From assembly GCA_963845405.1 (NCBI GenBank), contig CAWJRY010000016.1, forward strand, positions 149,112-213,111: a stretch of DNA of 64,000 bases, given 5' to 3'. The DNA is from an uncultured Acidobacteriaceae bacterium. Lineage in GTDB: Bacteria > Acidobacteriota > Terriglobia > Terriglobales > Acidobacteriaceae. Under the pieces are notes generated by a model, which ran no database searches, was not told the DNA's origin, and saw nothing but the letters and a program-made list of their open reading frames with translations. This document shows, one piece after another, positions 8,228 to 17,155 of this stretch. Numbering within the stretch: position 1 is the stretch's first letter; every line of letters begins with the position of its first letter. Position numbers and translations under genes: made by a program.

Positions 8228-8791
8228 ATGAAGAAGGTCGCAATTCTGGTGCTGGTGCTGGCGCTCGAGTTCGCGGTTTCCGGTTGCGGCGCCAACACGC
8301 CCTCGACCGTGACCACGACCAAGGCCACGGGCAACTGGGAGGCGGTGCTTACCGGGGGTGTCGGCGACGCCAGCAAGCTGGGTTTCACGACCTCGTTCAA
8401 CGTGACTCCTAATACTGCCGGGACGGCGGAACCTCTCGACATTACTGGTTTCGGCTTCTTTAATAATGGGGCTTGTTTCGCCACCGATGAGAGCGGAGTA
8501 AGCACCGAGACCGAGAATGGCACGGCAACGATTCAGACGAATACAGGAACGAATCAGGTCACGGGCACGCTGACCTTTACGATAAATTCGCTGATCCCGG
8601 CGGGCAATTCCCTCACGCTGACCGGAAATTTGACCGGCACATCCAACGGAACGACGACCACCCTCGGCACGCTGAGCAACGGAGTTGTGCAGGGAACTTG
8701 GACCTTGGCGGGTGGCGCAGGCGATTCCAGTTGCACGGGCGGCGGGAACTTTCTCATGTGCCAGGGTGCTTCGACCTGCACTCCTCCGTAG
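8228..8791 (+). CDS. Lipoprotein of unknown function (paralog B)
   Basis: Lipobox AVSGC. It shares the motifs G-x-W-x-A-x-LT, PAGN[ST]LTL and GTWTL-GG-G..CTGGG with paralog A. Confidence 0.75.
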   Translation: MKKVAILVLVLALEFAVSGCGANTPSTVTTTKATGNWEAVLTGGVGDASKLGFTTSFNVTPNTAGTAEPLDITGFGFFNNGACFATDESGVSTETENGTATIQTNTGTNQVTGTLTFTINSLIPAGNSLTLTGNLTGTSNGTTTTLGTLSNGVVQGTWTLAGGAGDSSCTGGGNFLMCQGASTCTPP

Positions 8792-8901
8792 AGGTCTGAC
8801 ACCCCGTTCCGGACAGCCCAAGTGTTTCTCTCAGTCTTTTCTTTTTTCTGGGTGCGCCCTGCTCTTCCTTACTTCTTGTTCCCTGCGATACATTGGGATG
8901 C

Positions 8902-9909
8902 ATGACGCAGTCTCTCGCACAGATTGCCGTGGCCGTGAAGGCGCGTTTGGTTGGCGATGGCGGTGGCGAAGTGAGTGGTGTGGCCAGCATCCAATCGGCA
9001 GGTCCGCATGATCTGGTATTTGTCGAGGACGAGAAACACCTGGCGGCCGCATTGCAGTCTCGTGCCGGTGCGGTGATTGCGGGCGAATTCGCGGCTCAGA
9101 CTTCGCATGGACGCGCGCTGCTGATCAGCGATCATCCGAAACTTGCGTTTGCGCGCGCCGCACAACTACTTCGCGAAAGTTCATCACCGGATCCCGCGAC
9201 TGGCAAGCGAAGCGTGGACCAGACTGCTGTAGTTCATCCGTCAGCCGTGCTGGGTGACGGGGTTTGCGTCGCAGAACGCGCCGTCATCGGCGGGCAGGCT
9301 CACATCGGCGACAATACGCAGATTGGAGCCGGCTGCGTGATTGGCGCAAACGTGAAGATTGGCCGCGACTGCGAGGTCTATCCCAATGTCACGATGTATC
9401 CGGCAACCACGCTTGGCGATCGCGTGATCGTACACGCGGGAGCTGTGCTCGGCAGTGATGGCTTCGGCTACGTTCGCGACCGCCGATCGCAGCGTTATGA
9501 GAAGTTTCCGCAAGTTGGGCTCCTGGTCATTGAAGATGATGTCGAAATCGGCGCCAATACGACCATTGATCGCGGCGCCCTCGACGAGACCCGAATCCGC
9601 CGCGGAACGAAAATCGACAATCTGGTCCACATTGGCCACAACTGTCAGATCGGCGAGGACGTCGTGATCGCGGCGCAGGCCGGCTTGTCAGGAAGCATCA
9701 CCGTGGAGAATGGCGTGGTTCTGGGCGGACAGGTCGGCATTGGCGAACATGCGCGGATTGGAGAAGGTGTCATGCTGGGCGGACAGGGCGGCGTCTTGCC
9801 CAACAAAATCCTGCGCGGCAAAGGCGAACCCTTCTGGGGAACTCCAGCGCAGCCCTTGCGCGAATACCTGAAGCAATTGGCAACGTTGGCGCGGCTGGCG
9901 AAAAAATAG
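8902..9909 (+). CDS. lpxD: UDP-3-O-(3-hydroxyacyl)glucosamine N-acyltransferase
   Basis: LpxD-like N-terminal domain followed by left-handed beta-helix hexapeptide repeats (IGDNTQIGAGCVIGANVKIG...). I prefer the ATG at 8902 (MTQSLAQIA...). The track ORF starts at 8893. Confidence 0.9.
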   Translation: MTQSLAQIAVAVKARLVGDGGGEVSGVASIQSAGPHDLVFVEDEKHLAAALQSRAGAVIAGEFAAQTSHGRALLISDHPKLAFARAAQLLRESSSPDPATGKRSVDQTAVVHPSAVLGDGVCVAERAVIGGQAHIGDNTQIGAGCVIGANVKIGRDCEVYPNVTMYPATTLGDRVIVHAGAVLGSDGFGYVRDRRSQRYEKFPQVGLLVIEDDVEIGANTTIDRGALDETRIRRGTKIDNLVHIGHNCQIGEDVVIAAQAGLSGSITVENGVVLGGQVGIGEHARIGEGVMLGGQGGVLPNKILRGKGEPFWGTPAQPLREYLKQLATLARLAKK

Positions 9910-9929
9910 AAAGCCCGAGCGCGAATCGC

Positions 9930-10562
9930 ATGGCCATCGTTACTATCGGCGGACACTCTCGCAGCGTAGGCAAGACCAGCGTCGTGGCTGGACTGATTTC
10001 CGCACTGCCCGAATTCAACTGGACCGCGATCAAGATTACGCAGTACGGTCACGGTGTTTGTTCGGCTAACGGGGAAGCCTGCGACTGCGCGACCCCCGAT
10101 CATGCCTGGGCGATTTCCGAGGAGCGCGATCGTTCCGGCGGGTATGATACATCGCGGTTTCTCATGGCCGGTGCGGCTCGCTCATTGTGGGTTCGGACCG
10201 AGCAGGGAAGGCTGGCGGAAGCTATGCCGGCGCTGCGCGCGAAGATTCGAGGCGCGGGCAACGTCCTCATGGAGTCGAATAGCGTTCTGAAATTCCTGCG
10301 CCCGGATTTGTATCTGACCGTGCTCGATCCGGCAACGGCAGACTTCAAGACTTCCGCGCGCGAATTCCTGGACCGCGCCGACGCGGTGATTTTGCACGAC
10401 GTCGCCGAATCGGCGTGGCAAGCGGTTTCTTTAAAACCTGTAGGGAATCGTCCGATATTCCGAATCAAGCAGCCGGAATATGTGACTTCTGAGATAGTTG
10501 AGTTTGTCCGATCCTACTTGCTCAACCGTCCCGTCCAGACAAGACTGACAACTGAGAACTGA
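9930..10562 (+). CDS. MobB-like P-loop NTPase of unknown role
   Basis: Walker A motif GGHSRSVGKTS. The layout resembles MobB (IKITQYGHG, DTSRFLMAGA, VLMESNS). Its C-terminal codons and stop are supplied by a heptamer array. Confidence 0.6.
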   Translation: MAIVTIGGHSRSVGKTSVVAGLISALPEFNWTAIKITQYGHGVCSANGEACDCATPDHAWAISEERDRSGGYDTSRFLMAGAARSLWVRTEQGRLAEAMPALRAKIRGAGNVLMESNSVLKFLRPDLYLTVLDPATADFKTSAREFLDRADAVILHDVAESAWQAVSLKPVGNRPIFRIKQPEYVTSEIVEFVRSYLLNRPVQTRLTTEN

Positions 10563-10571
10563 GTACTGCGC
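10544..10571. repeat. Heptamer array ACTGACA ACTGAGA ACTGAGT ACTGCGC
   Basis: TGA occurs at 10546, 10553 and 10560, one in each frame. The last is the real stop of the MobB-like gene. The array ends 4 nt before the lnt start. Confidence 0.8.
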
Positions 10572-10574
10572 GGT

Positions 10575-12209
10575 TTGCTATCCTTGCCCGTGCGGCAAAT
10601 TCATCCCAGCGCCTGGCTGTTGATCGTATTGTCGGCGGTTCTTCAGGTCCTGATCTTTCCCCTGCCCGGCTATTACTTTCTTTCCTGGTTCGCACTGGCC
10701 CCGCTGATTCTGGCACTGCTGCATGCGCGGCCCGCGGGAGAACTGCAAGTTGACGGTTCGGTGCGGCGGCTGCAGCCTGCTTCTCCTGCGCAGGCCTTCC
10801 TGCTTTCGTACGTATGCGGAATCCTGTGGTATGCGGGGACGTGCTATTGGATCTACGACACCATGCACCAGTATGGCGGCCTGAGTGCACCTGCTGCCGT
10901 CCTAGTCCTGTTTCTGTTTTGCTGCTATCTCGGGCTCTACCACGGATTTTTTGGGTTGCTCTTAAGCCTGATGGCACGCGGTTCGCGCGACTACCGGCCT
11001 GCGTTGGTGGCTGCGCCCTTTCTCTGGGTCGCGGTGGAACTGGCCCGCACGCTCGTCACCGGATTTCCCTGGAATCTCCTGGGCACGGCTCAAGTCGATA
11101 ACACCGCGCTGTGTCGTATCGCCACCTGGACCGGAGTCTACGGAATCTCTTTCGAGATTGCGCTGGTAAATGTGGCGGTGGCGGCGGCATTTCTCATTCC
11201 TCGCGGGAAGCGCGGTGCGATGCTGACGGCGGCACTGGCCGCCGCTGCTGTCCTGCAGGCGGGACAACTGATCGACGCTGCACCCTCCCATGCCGATCGC
11301 GCCGCACTGCTGGTGCAACAGAATATCCCGGTCTCGATCAACTGGACGCCCGCAGTTCTTCAGCAGACATTGAGCGATCTCACCGAACTCAGTGTGAAGT
11401 TCGCCTCGACGCCAGCCGTACCGACGCCAGCCGCAGTAAAGATTGACCTGATCGTGTGGCCCGAGTCGCCGGCGCCATTCTTCACAAACGACGCACAGTT
11501 TCGGAGTGCAGTCAGCCAGATGGCGCGCGAAACCAACGCTTGGGTCATCACCGGGGCGATCGGAACTACGCCTGCGCCGGAAGGTACAACTGCCTCGCAG
11601 ATGTTCAACTCTGCCGAGTTAGTGGCCCCGAGCGGCGACTGGACGGCGCGATACGACAAGATCCATCTGGTGCCGTTCGGCGAGTATCTGCCCTTCCCCG
11701 GACTCTTCGCTTTCGCTGGAGGTTTGACCAAAGCAGTCGGCGAATTCGAACACGGCGTCTCGCGCAAGCCGCTCGACGCTGGCGGCACACGAATCGGGGT
11801 TTTCATCTGCTACGAATCCGTTTTCCCCGGCGAAGTCCGTGAGTTCGCCGGTCAGGGCGGGCAGGTTCTGGTAAATATTTCCAATGACGGGTGGTATGGC
11901 GACAGCGGAGCATACGCGCAACATCTGAATCAAACGCGCATGCGCGCTATCGAGAGCGACCGCTGGCTGTTGAGCGCGACCGACACTGGAGTCACAGCTT
12001 CGATCGATGCACTGGGGCGAGTGGCGGCACAGATCCCCCGCAAGCAGCGCGCCACGCTGACAGCCCCGTATGCACTCACTTTCGTTACTACCTTCTACAG
12101 CCGACACGGCGACTGGTTCGGATACGCGTGTGCGATAATTTCTCTTGGGGCGCTGCTCATGCGCTTCACATTTTCCAGAGAGCGTAAGAAAGCTGACCCG
12201 TCCTCATGA
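10575..12209 (+). CDS. lnt: Apolipoprotein N-acyltransferase
   Basis: Multi-TM N-terminal half plus a CN-hydrolase domain (...VWPESP...ICYESVFPGEV...). The start codon is TTG. Confidence 0.9.
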   Translation: MLSLPVRQIHPSAWLLIVLSAVLQVLIFPLPGYYFLSWFALAPLILALLHARPAGELQVDGSVRRLQPASPAQAFLLSYVCGILWYAGTCYWIYDTMHQYGGLSAPAAVLVLFLFCCYLGLYHGFFGLLLSLMARGSRDYRPALVAAPFLWVAVELARTLVTGFPWNLLGTAQVDNTALCRIATWTGVYGISFEIALVNVAVAAAFLIPRGKRGAMLTAALAAAAVLQAGQLIDAAPSHADRAALLVQQNIPVSINWTPAVLQQTLSDLTELSVKFASTPAVPTPAAVKIDLIVWPESPAPFFTNDAQFRSAVSQMARETNAWVITGAIGTTPAPEGTTASQMFNSAELVAPSGDWTARYDKIHLVPFGEYLPFPGLFAFAGGLTKAVGEFEHGVSRKPLDAGGTRIGVFICYESVFPGEVREFAGQGGQVLVNISNDGWYGDSGAYAQHLNQTRMRAIESDRWLLSATDTGVTASIDALGRVAAQIPRKQRATLTAPYALTFVTTFYSRHGDWFGYACAIISLGALLMRFTFSRERKKADPSS

Positions 12210-13304
12210 ATCAAGAACTGGTACAGGAATACGAAAAGCTGAGCAAGAAAGTCCACGAACTCCGGGAGTATCTTTGACGCGGAAAAAGTCCGTCCGCAAT
12301 TAGCTGAAGTCGAGAAGCAGTCTGCCGATCCCAATCTGTGGTCGAACCCGCAACGCTCGCAACAGGTGATGCGCGAGAAAAAGCGCCTGGAGCATGTCCT
12401 CTCCGTCGATGCCGATCTGGCGCGCCGCGGCGACGACATTGCCGCCTATTTCGATCTTTCCAAAGAGGGCGAGAACGTTGACGCCGATCTACGCCGTGAA
12501 ATCGATGCGCTACGCGAGTTGCTCGACAAACTTGAGACCGAAACTCTGCTGTCGGGCGAGAACGACGCGCGTAACGCCATCGTGACCATCCACCCCGGCG
12601 CAGGCGGCACCGAATCGCAGGATTGGGCTGACATGCTTCTGCGCATGTATCTTCGGTGGGCCGAGCAACAGCATTTTGAAACTGTGCTTTATGACTACCA
12701 ACCCGGCGAAGAGGCTGGGCTCAAGTCCGCAACATTCGCCGTGAACGGCGAGTACGCCTTTGGACTTCTGCAGAGCGAGATTGGCGTGCATCGCCTGGTG
12801 CGCATTTCTCCCTTCGATCAGGCCAAGCGGCGGCACACTTCGTTTGCCAGCGTTTATGTCTCCCCCGAGATCGATGACAACATTGAAATTGTCATCAAGC
12901 CGGAAGACATCCGCATCGATACTTACCGCTCGAGCGGCAAGGGTGGACAGCACGTAAACACGACAGATTCTGCCGTGCGCATCACGCACATTGCAACAAA
13001 CCTCGTCGCCAATTGCCAGAATGAGCGCTCTCAGCACAAAAATAAAGAGCGCGCCATGAGCATGCTGCGTTCAAAGCTCTATGAGTTCGAGATGGAGAAG
13101 AAGCGGGCGGCTACGAAGAAAATTGAGGACTCAAAGCTCGATATCGAATTCGGATCGCAGATTCGTTCCTACGTGTTGCAGCCGTACCGCATGATCAAGG
13201 ATCATCGCACCAAACTGGAAGTCGGAGACGTGGATCGCGTCCTTGACGGAGGCTTGCAGCCGTTTATTCGAGGGTATCTGCTGGCGCGGCGCGGAGAGAA
13301 GTAG
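12206..13304 (+). CDS. prfB: Peptide chain release factor 2, requiring a programmed +1 frameshift at 12272-12278
   Basis: Frame 0 reads MNQELVQEYEKLSKKVHELREYL then TGA. The motif is GGGAG TAT CTT TGA C. Frame +1 continues DAEKVRPQLAEVEK... into track ORF 12366..13304, which carries the SPF and GGQ motifs. 12276 is in phase with 12366. Confidence 0.9.
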
Positions 13305-13969
13305 TGAAGGCGACTTACAAATCGTTAGGCCAAAAAGGACGCGAAGGACCTCGAAAATCCTCAGCGCCGCGCGTGGCGGTGAGACTCGGTCCCCGCTTCC
13401 GGCGCGCATTTCTTTTCGCCGCCGACAAGCACGCGGGGCAAACGCGCAAGGCCTCGACCATTCCTTACATCGCGCACCTGATGGGCGTGGCCTCGCTCGC
13501 CCTAGAAGCCGGTGGTGATGAAGATCTTGCCATCGCCGCGCTTCTGCACGACGTAGTGGAGGATTGCGGCGGGCTGCCGATGTTAAAAGAAGTACGGCGG
13601 CGTTTCGGTAAACGAGTTGCGAGGGTGGTCGAGGGCTGCACCGACGCCGATACGTACCCTAAACCGCCGTGGCGCGCACGCAAGGAGAAATACATCGCAC
13701 ATCTGAAAAAAGCCGACGCTGATACACGCCTGGTTTCGGCGGCAGACAAGCTGAATAATGTCCGCTCCATCGTGAGCGATTACCGCGCCATCGGCGAGTC
13801 CGTCTGGTCACGCTTCAACGGTGGACGCGAAGGAACTCTCTGGTACTATCGAACTTTGCGGGACGAATTTCTCCGCCACAAACCGAATCGCATCACGCGG
13901 GAGCTAGATCTGGCGGTCAATGAACTGGAGTTGCTCGCCGCAGCAAAATCGGATTCCGATGGCCGATGA
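13304..13969 (+). CDS. HD-domain protein, RelA/SpoT-type (p)ppGpp hydrolase-like (small alarmone hydrolase candidate)
   Basis: AADKHAGQTRKASTIPYIAHLMGVA...AALLHDVVEDCG matches the SpoT hydrolase HD signature. No synthetase domain is present. The GTG start abuts the prfB stop. Confidence 0.75.
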   Translation: MKATYKSLGQKGREGPRKSSAPRVAVRLGPRFRRAFLFAADKHAGQTRKASTIPYIAHLMGVASLALEAGGDEDLAIAALLHDVVEDCGGLPMLKEVRRRFGKRVARVVEGCTDADTYPKPPWRARKEKYIAHLKKADADTRLVSAADKLNNVRSIVSDYRAIGESVWSRFNGGREGTLWYYRTLRDEFLRHKPNRITRELDLAVNELELLAAAKSDSDGR

Positions 13970-15233
13970 TCACACAGTAGATGGTCAGCACTCATCGAGG
14001 CACGATGCTACTCCGCGCCTGATCGATCAGATCCGCGCCTCGAAACTCCCTTCGAACATGATGCAGTTTGCCGCACGGGGCGCTCTGCAGGTTCCGGCCG
14101 CGGAGAATATCGAGATCCTCGTTTACCTTGCCAGTCACAATAAAGTCTTTGGCGACCTGGCGCGCATGACCCTTGCGGGATGGGACGAAAAGTCCTGCCT
14201 GGCGGCTGCCGCGAACCCACAAACTGCGGCCGAAGTCCTCAGCTATTTCATCTCGCCAGACAATCTTCGTCCCGCGTTGTTGCGCGCGTTGCTGGAAAAC
14301 CCTTCCGTTCCGGAGCGCGAACTGGTCAAGCTCGCAACTTCCGCAATGAGGGAAACGATTGAAGTGATGTTCAGGAGCGCGCGAGTGCGGTCGCTGAGCA
14401 GCGTCCTTGAAGCGCTCAAGTCGAACCCATACTTGAAAAAAGAAGAAGCTGAAGAATTGCGCGGACTCGCGAAGCCCGCCGCAGCCATCGTTGCAGTGGA
14501 AGACGATGCGCCTGCTGTCGAGCCGTTGGGTGAGGCCAAGGACGACGTGTCGGCTGCAGCAAGTTCGGTGCCTGCCGCCGACGGTACTGATGACGAGGCC
14601 GTTTCCGCGTTCCTCAAGGAACACGCCGACGACATTGCCGCCAGTGGTGACAAGCCGTTCCAGGCGATTGGCGGAGTCGTCGAACTGTTGGGGCCGGATT
14701 ATTTTCCCGTGACGCAGTCCCAAGACGCGCCCGCTACACCGGCAGAACCGACCTCAGCCACTAGCCCGACCACGCTCGCCGCCCCCCAAAAGCCCGTCGA
14801 AGCAAAGCGCGAAAACGCACTGCAGAAAATCAGCCATCTCAACGTGCAGGGCCGAATCCAACTCGCTTTGAAAGGCAACAAGGAAGAGCGCTCGCTTCTG
14901 ATTCGTGACGGCACCAAGATCGTAGCCTTCGCCGTGCTCGAAGCCCCCAAACTCTCGGATGGAGAAGTAGAAAAATTCGCCAGCCAGAAGAATGTGCTGG
15001 AGGCGGTGCTGCGGCAGATCCCGCTGAAGCGCAAATTCATGAAGAATTACAAAGTGGTGCGCAATCTCGTGGCAAATCCGAGGACGCCGCTCGATCTCGG
15101 GCTGACCTTGATGAAAAACATTCTACCCGTGGATTTGAAAAACATCGCCGGCAACAAGGACGTCTCAGAGACGATTCGTAACCTCGCTCTGAAGATGTAT
15201 AAGCAGAAGATGGAAGCTTCGAACAAGAAATAG
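13959..15233 (+). CDS. Conserved-looking helical-repeat protein of unknown function
   Basis: Repetitive helical segments flank a central acidic/Ala-Pro linker. I prefer the ATG at 13959 (MADDH...), which overlaps the HD gene stop. Confidence 0.6.
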   Translation: MADDHTVDGQHSSRHDATPRLIDQIRASKLPSNMMQFAARGALQVPAAENIEILVYLASHNKVFGDLARMTLAGWDEKSCLAAAANPQTAAEVLSYFISPDNLRPALLRALLENPSVPERELVKLATSAMRETIEVMFRSARVRSLSSVLEALKSNPYLKKEEAEELRGLAKPAAAIVAVEDDAPAVEPLGEAKDDVSAAASSVPAADGTDDEAVSAFLKEHADDIAASGDKPFQAIGGVVELLGPDYFPVTQSQDAPATPAEPTSATSPTTLAAPQKPVEAKRENALQKISHLNVQGRIQLALKGNKEERSLLIRDGTKIVAFAVLEAPKLSDGEVEKFASQKNVLEAVLRQIPLKRKFMKNYKVVRNLVANPRTPLDLGLTLMKNILPVDLKNIAGNKDVSETIRNLALKMYKQKMEASNKK

Positions 15234-15235
15234 AA

Positions 15236-15661
15236 GTGGAGAACTTATTGGCTTCGTTGCCGCAATCGGATGCCATCGCGGACCTGCTGAAGCGTGCGAA
15301 GACGATCGCCGTAGTCGGCCTATCCAACAATCCGTTGCGTCCAAGCCACGGTGTCTCAGCCTACATGCAGAGCCACGGCTACAGAATTATCCCCGTAAAT
15401 CCGAAGGTCAAAGAATCTCTCGGCGAAAAAGCTTACCCATCCCTGCTCGATGTGCCGGATCAGATCGACATCGTGAACATTTTTCGCCGCCCGGAGTTTG
15501 TGGAAGAGATCGTCGATCGGGCGATTCAGCTCAAAGTCCCAGCCATCTGGATGCAGGAAGAGGTGATCCATGAGCGGGCGGCCGAAGCAGCGCGCAGGGC
15601 AGGAATCTTCGTAGTGATGGATCGCTGCATTCTAAAAGAGCATCGCAGCCGAATCGGATAG
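15236..15661 (+). CDS. CoA-binding domain protein (YccU/YneT-like)
   Basis: KTIAVVGLSNNPLRPSHGVSAYMQSHGYRIIPVNPK is the CoA_binding_2 signature. Confidence 0.85.
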   Translation: MENLLASLPQSDAIADLLKRAKTIAVVGLSNNPLRPSHGVSAYMQSHGYRIIPVNPKVKESLGEKAYPSLLDVPDQIDIVNIFRRPEFVEEIVDRAIQLKVPAIWMQEEVIHERAAEAARRAGIFVVMDRCILKEHRSRIG

Positions 15662-15673
15662 TTCAAGAGCGCA

Positions 15674-17038
15674 CTATCGTCCCCGGGATCTCAGTTTCTT
15701 CGTCTCTTCCAGTCGCTCCCGAATACGCTTTTCGATGCCCTCATTTGTCGGCTGATAATAGACCCGGCCGCGCAGATTGTCGGGCAGGCATTCCATGTCG
15801 GCGACTTTGTCTTCCAGGTCGTGCGCGTACTGGTATCCCTGGCCGTACCCGAGGCCCTTCATCAGCGACGTGGAAGCATTGCGCAAGTGCAGCGGAACCG
15901 AATCGGCCGCAGTCTGCTCGACGTCCTGCTGAACCGCGCCGTAAGCCGTGTAGAGCGCATTTGACTTGGGAGCGACTGAAAGATAAACGACGGCTTGCGC
16001 GAGCGCCAGATTTCCTTCCGGCATACCGATAAAATCGACTGCATCGCGTGCGGCCATGCATAGCGCAAGTGCATTAGGATCGGCGAGGCCGATGTCTTCC
16101 ACTGCCATTCGCACGACGCGGCGGGCAACGTAAAGCGGATCTTCCCCAGCCTCAAGCATGCGCCCCAGCCAGTACAGTGCGGCATCCGGATCGCTGTTGC
16201 GCACCGATTTGTGCAGCGCGGAAATCAGGTTGTAGTGCTCTTCGCCGGTTTTGTCGTAGAGCAGAATCCGCTTCTGCAGCGCGTCGCGCACAATGTCGTC
16301 GGTGATGTCCGCGAACTCGGGTGCCCCATTTCTCGCGTCCTTTGCGAGAAGAGGGGGTTTTGCCAGCCCCGCCGCCACTTCCAGAACGTTATAAGCGCTG
16401 CGTGCATCGCCGCTGGTGTAACTGGCAATTTTCTTCAATGCGTCGTCGGAAACAACCAGGTTCGTTTCGCCGAGGCCGCGTTCGCGATCACCTACGGCGC
16501 GCCGCAGCAGTTGCACGATCTGATCCTCGGTGAGCGGCTTCAACACATAGACGCGGCAGCGCGAGAGCAGCGCTGCATTGATCTCGAAGGATGGATTTTC
16601 CGTCGTCGCGCCGATCAGCCGTATGTTTCCCTTCTCGACATGAGGCAAGAAAGCGTCCTGCTGAGCTTTGTTAAAGCGGTGAATCTCGTCGACGAAGACG
16701 ATGGTCCGCGTGCCGTACTGCCGCGCGCGCTCGGCGTCGGCCATGACCTGCTTGATTTCCTTGATTCCCGCCAGAACCGCGGAAAATTCGATAAACTCTG
16801 CCTTGGTCAGATTCGCGATGATCTTGGCCAGCGTGGTCTTGCCGGTGCCCGGAGGCCCCCAGAAGATAAGCGAACCGGCGTCATCACGCTCGATCTGGAC
16901 CCGCAGAGGCTTGCCCGGGCCTATCAGGTGTTCCTGCCCGGCATATTCATCCAGCGTTCTGGGACGCATGCGATCCGCGAGCGGCCGCGCCGCGTCTGCC
17001 GCGGCGCCTGTATTCGGAATGGGTTGAAATAAACTCAT
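15674..17038 (-). CDS. rarA: Replication-associated recombination protein A (AAA+ ATPase)
   Basis: LIFWGPPGTGKTTLAKIIA, IVFVDEIHRFNKAQQD and a MgsA C-terminal domain. Confidence 0.95.
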   Translation of the reverse strand: MSLFQPIPNTGAAADAARPLADRMRPRTLDEYAGQEHLIGPGKPLRVQIERDDAGSLIFWGPPGTGKTTLAKIIANLTKAEFIEFSAVLAGIKEIKQVMADAERARQYGTRTIVFVDEIHRFNKAQQDAFLPHVEKGNIRLIGATTENPSFEINAALLSRCRVYVLKPLTEDQIVQLLRRAVGDRERGLGETNLVVSDDALKKIASYTSGDARSAYNVLEVAAGLAKPPLLAKDARNGAPEFADITDDIVRDALQKRILLYDKTGEEHYNLISALHKSVRNSDPDAALYWLGRMLEAGEDPLYVARRVVRMAVEDIGLADPNALALCMAARDAVDFIGMPEGNLALAQAVVYLSVAPKSNALYTAYGAVQQDVEQTAADSVPLHLRNASTSLMKGLGYGQGYQYAHDLEDKVADMECLPDNLRGRVYYQPTNEGIEKRIRERLEETKKLRSRGR

Positions 17039-17155
17039 GGTCTTGAAAAATATCTGTCATGCCGACAGAGTCGCTTCATCCGCGAAGCAGTCAACTGGCG
17101 AGTGGAAGGACCTGCTCGTTTGGCTGGCATCGGACGCGTGCGTCGCTACGCATGT

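Noticed and set aside
16211-17032. 273-aa ORF antisense to rarA
   Set aside because: It is a shadow ORF of a highly conserved AAA+ gene, with no motifs.
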